Positions 36,440 through 37,378 of a DNA stretch of 37,378 nucleotides are shown one piece after another; position 1 is the first letter of the stretch; the number at the start of each line of letters is the position of its first letter. The position numbers were made by a program, and so were the translations under genes. This DNA comes from a virus (Duplodnaviria > Caudoviricetes): positions 1 to 37,378 of the IMG/VR virus record IMGVR_UViG_3300030207_001617. One strand, given 5' to 3'. The notes below the pieces were generated by a model, which did no database searches, was not told the origin of the DNA, and was given only the letters and a program-made list of their open reading frames with translations.

Positions 36440-36768
36440 TTATCTATCTTTGTCTCGTATCATATCGTCTATAGCTTTGTTATAAACTTTATCTGTATAC
36501 GACTTGTTATTGTAAAAAATACTTCGCTCAGAAGTTGGCATATCTTCTTCACCTAGTAAGATACGGTATATCCTACTAACTAGCTGAGAACATTTGAATG
36601 AAGTTTTGAATACAGAGTACTTAATACTCGTTCTGTTTCTATGTCGCCAAACTTCTATCCACCCAGCTGATCGGAGTTTCTCCCACCTTTTCTTATCCCA
36701 AGAATATGTGTAAGCCTGTAGTACTTAAGGATATTCATATCACGCAGATCCTGCGCTGTTAATCTCAT
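36440..36768 (-). pseudogene. Frameshifted gene, apparent internal deletion; possible winged-helix DNA-binding protein
   Basis: Frame A from ATG 36768 gives MRLTAQDLRDMNILKYYRL and stops at 36655. Frame B from about 36712 gives YTYSWDKKRWEKLRSAGWIEVWRHRNRTSIKYSVFKTSFKCSQLVSRIYRILLGEEDMP...MIRDKDR* (TAA at 36440) and has no upstream start codon of its own. Total 329 nt, not a multiple of 3. Confidence 0.7.
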
Positions 36769-36777
36769 CTATTAAGA

Positions 36778-37152
36778 TTATGCAGCAGCAGTAACTGTAA
36801 TTGCTCCACAAGAAGAAATGTAAGAAGATACATAAGTGCTTGTAGCGTCATCAGCAATAGTAACGAAACCGTCACCATACTTTAAACCGTTAATAGCTGC
36901 TGTAATATCAGCTATAAGCAAGTGTTGCTTTGCAGCGGTACAGTTGATTACTACTTTATCTACAGCTGCAATATCAGCACCTGTACCAAGCATGCTGTCA
37001 AATTGCATTTCAATAGCGTCAGTATCAGCAATGAATCTAAAGCCTCTAAAGCTAGATAGAGGTGCAGCGTATCCTTCGTCTGCGCCGTCGTTAACTCCAT
37101 CTCCCGTTTGGAAGTAAAGCATAACTAATTTTGAATTTGCGAATGTTCCCAT
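36778..37152 (-). CDS. Hypothetical, possibly structural protein (124 aa)
   Basis: Intact ORF with a strongly A-rich leader; A/D/T-rich composition. Confidence 0.6.
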   Translation of the reverse strand: MGTFANSKLVMLYFQTGDGVNDGADEGYAAPLSSFRGFRFIADTDAIEMQFDSMLGTGADIAAVDKVVINCTAAKQHLLIADITAAINGLKYGDGFVTIADDATSTYVSSYISSCGAITVTAAA

Positions 37153-37162
37153 TGTAAAAATT

Positions 37163-37221
37163 TTTAATTGTTAATTGTTTATTGATTTACCGTTTGTAGT
37201 TTACGGTTTAAGGTTTAGGTC
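37163..37221 (-). repeat. Degenerate ~7-nt tandem repeat (NTAAACN-like) in the leader of the 124-aa gene
   Basis: Minus strand: CTAAACC TTAAACC GTAAACT ACAAACG GTAAATC AATAAAC AATTAAC AATTAAA. Confidence 0.55.
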
Positions 37222-37252
37222 TAATATCTATATCACACGTTTAGCGAAGTAG

Positions 37253-37378
37253 TTACTCCACTAACACTACATCTCTTGCTCGGATTACATGGTACATTGT
37301 ATCTGCCCAGGTTATACCATGCCCAGCGTGTTTGTCGAAATATATAATATCTTTATCTTTTAGGCCTTCAACTAAATT
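37253..37378 (-). CDS. groES: Co-chaperonin GroES (Cpn10)-like protein, 3' end only
   Basis: Manual translation NLVEGLKDKDIIYFDKHAGHGITWADTMYHVIRARDVVLVE* follows the GroES C-terminal pattern (vk.GD.V.f.kyaG.ei...geey.i.re.Dilav). Not in the ORF track. Confidence 0.7.
   Translation of the reverse strand, partial: NLVEGLKDKDIIYFDKHAGHGITWADTMYHVIRARDVVLVE

Noticed and set aside
36440-36657. TAG stop-codon reassignment (as in some crAss-like phages) rescuing frame A of the broken gene
   Set aside because: All other long genes, including the 10.6-kb ORF, are intact under the standard code, and frame B is the protein-like continuation.
1204-37117. The many plus-strand ORFs of 60-160 aa, and small nested minus-strand ORFs, in the ORF track
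   Set aside because: They lie antisense to or inside long genes, and have the Ser/Leu/Phe/Ile-rich composition of shadow frames.
37163-37221. Repeat array as a CRISPR or mini-array
   Set aside because: Units are 7 nt, degenerate and have no spacers.
1-37378. tRNA/rRNA genes, integrase, transposase, introns or inteins in terL, portal or MCP
   Set aside because: Intergenic gaps are 100 nt or less with no cloverleaf seen; no such motifs were recognised; core genes are uninterrupted.

Overview
The window is a continuous, minus-strand virion morphogenesis region of an AT-rich tailed phage. Gene order and protein character fit a podovirus of a Bacteroidota (probably Flavobacteriia) host with a crAss-like virion module; this comes from motif recognition, not a database search. 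In transcription order (right to left): 3' end of a GroES-like gene, small structural/membrane genes including a 3TM holin, a tandem GroES-like protein, probable TerS, TerL, portal, scaffold-like protein, major capsid protein, two tail ring/adaptor proteins, a 2106-aa muzzle/tail-stabilisation protein, tail accessory proteins, a cupin, two ejection-type proteins, a 3543-aa giant protein, and the start of a signal-peptide protein. The giant protein is the most notable feature. It reads as a polyprotein: membrane-inserting helices, an HExxH zincin, then modules separated by four FSR(K) motifs (a sigma-factor-like segment, a His-Me-finger-like segment, a complete HAD phosphatase, and a C-terminal helical region ending in two CCCH zinc fingers). 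This suggests a self-processing, virion-delivered effector cassette. Three coding regions absent from the ORF track were also found: two edge-truncated genes and one frameshifted gene at 36440-36768.
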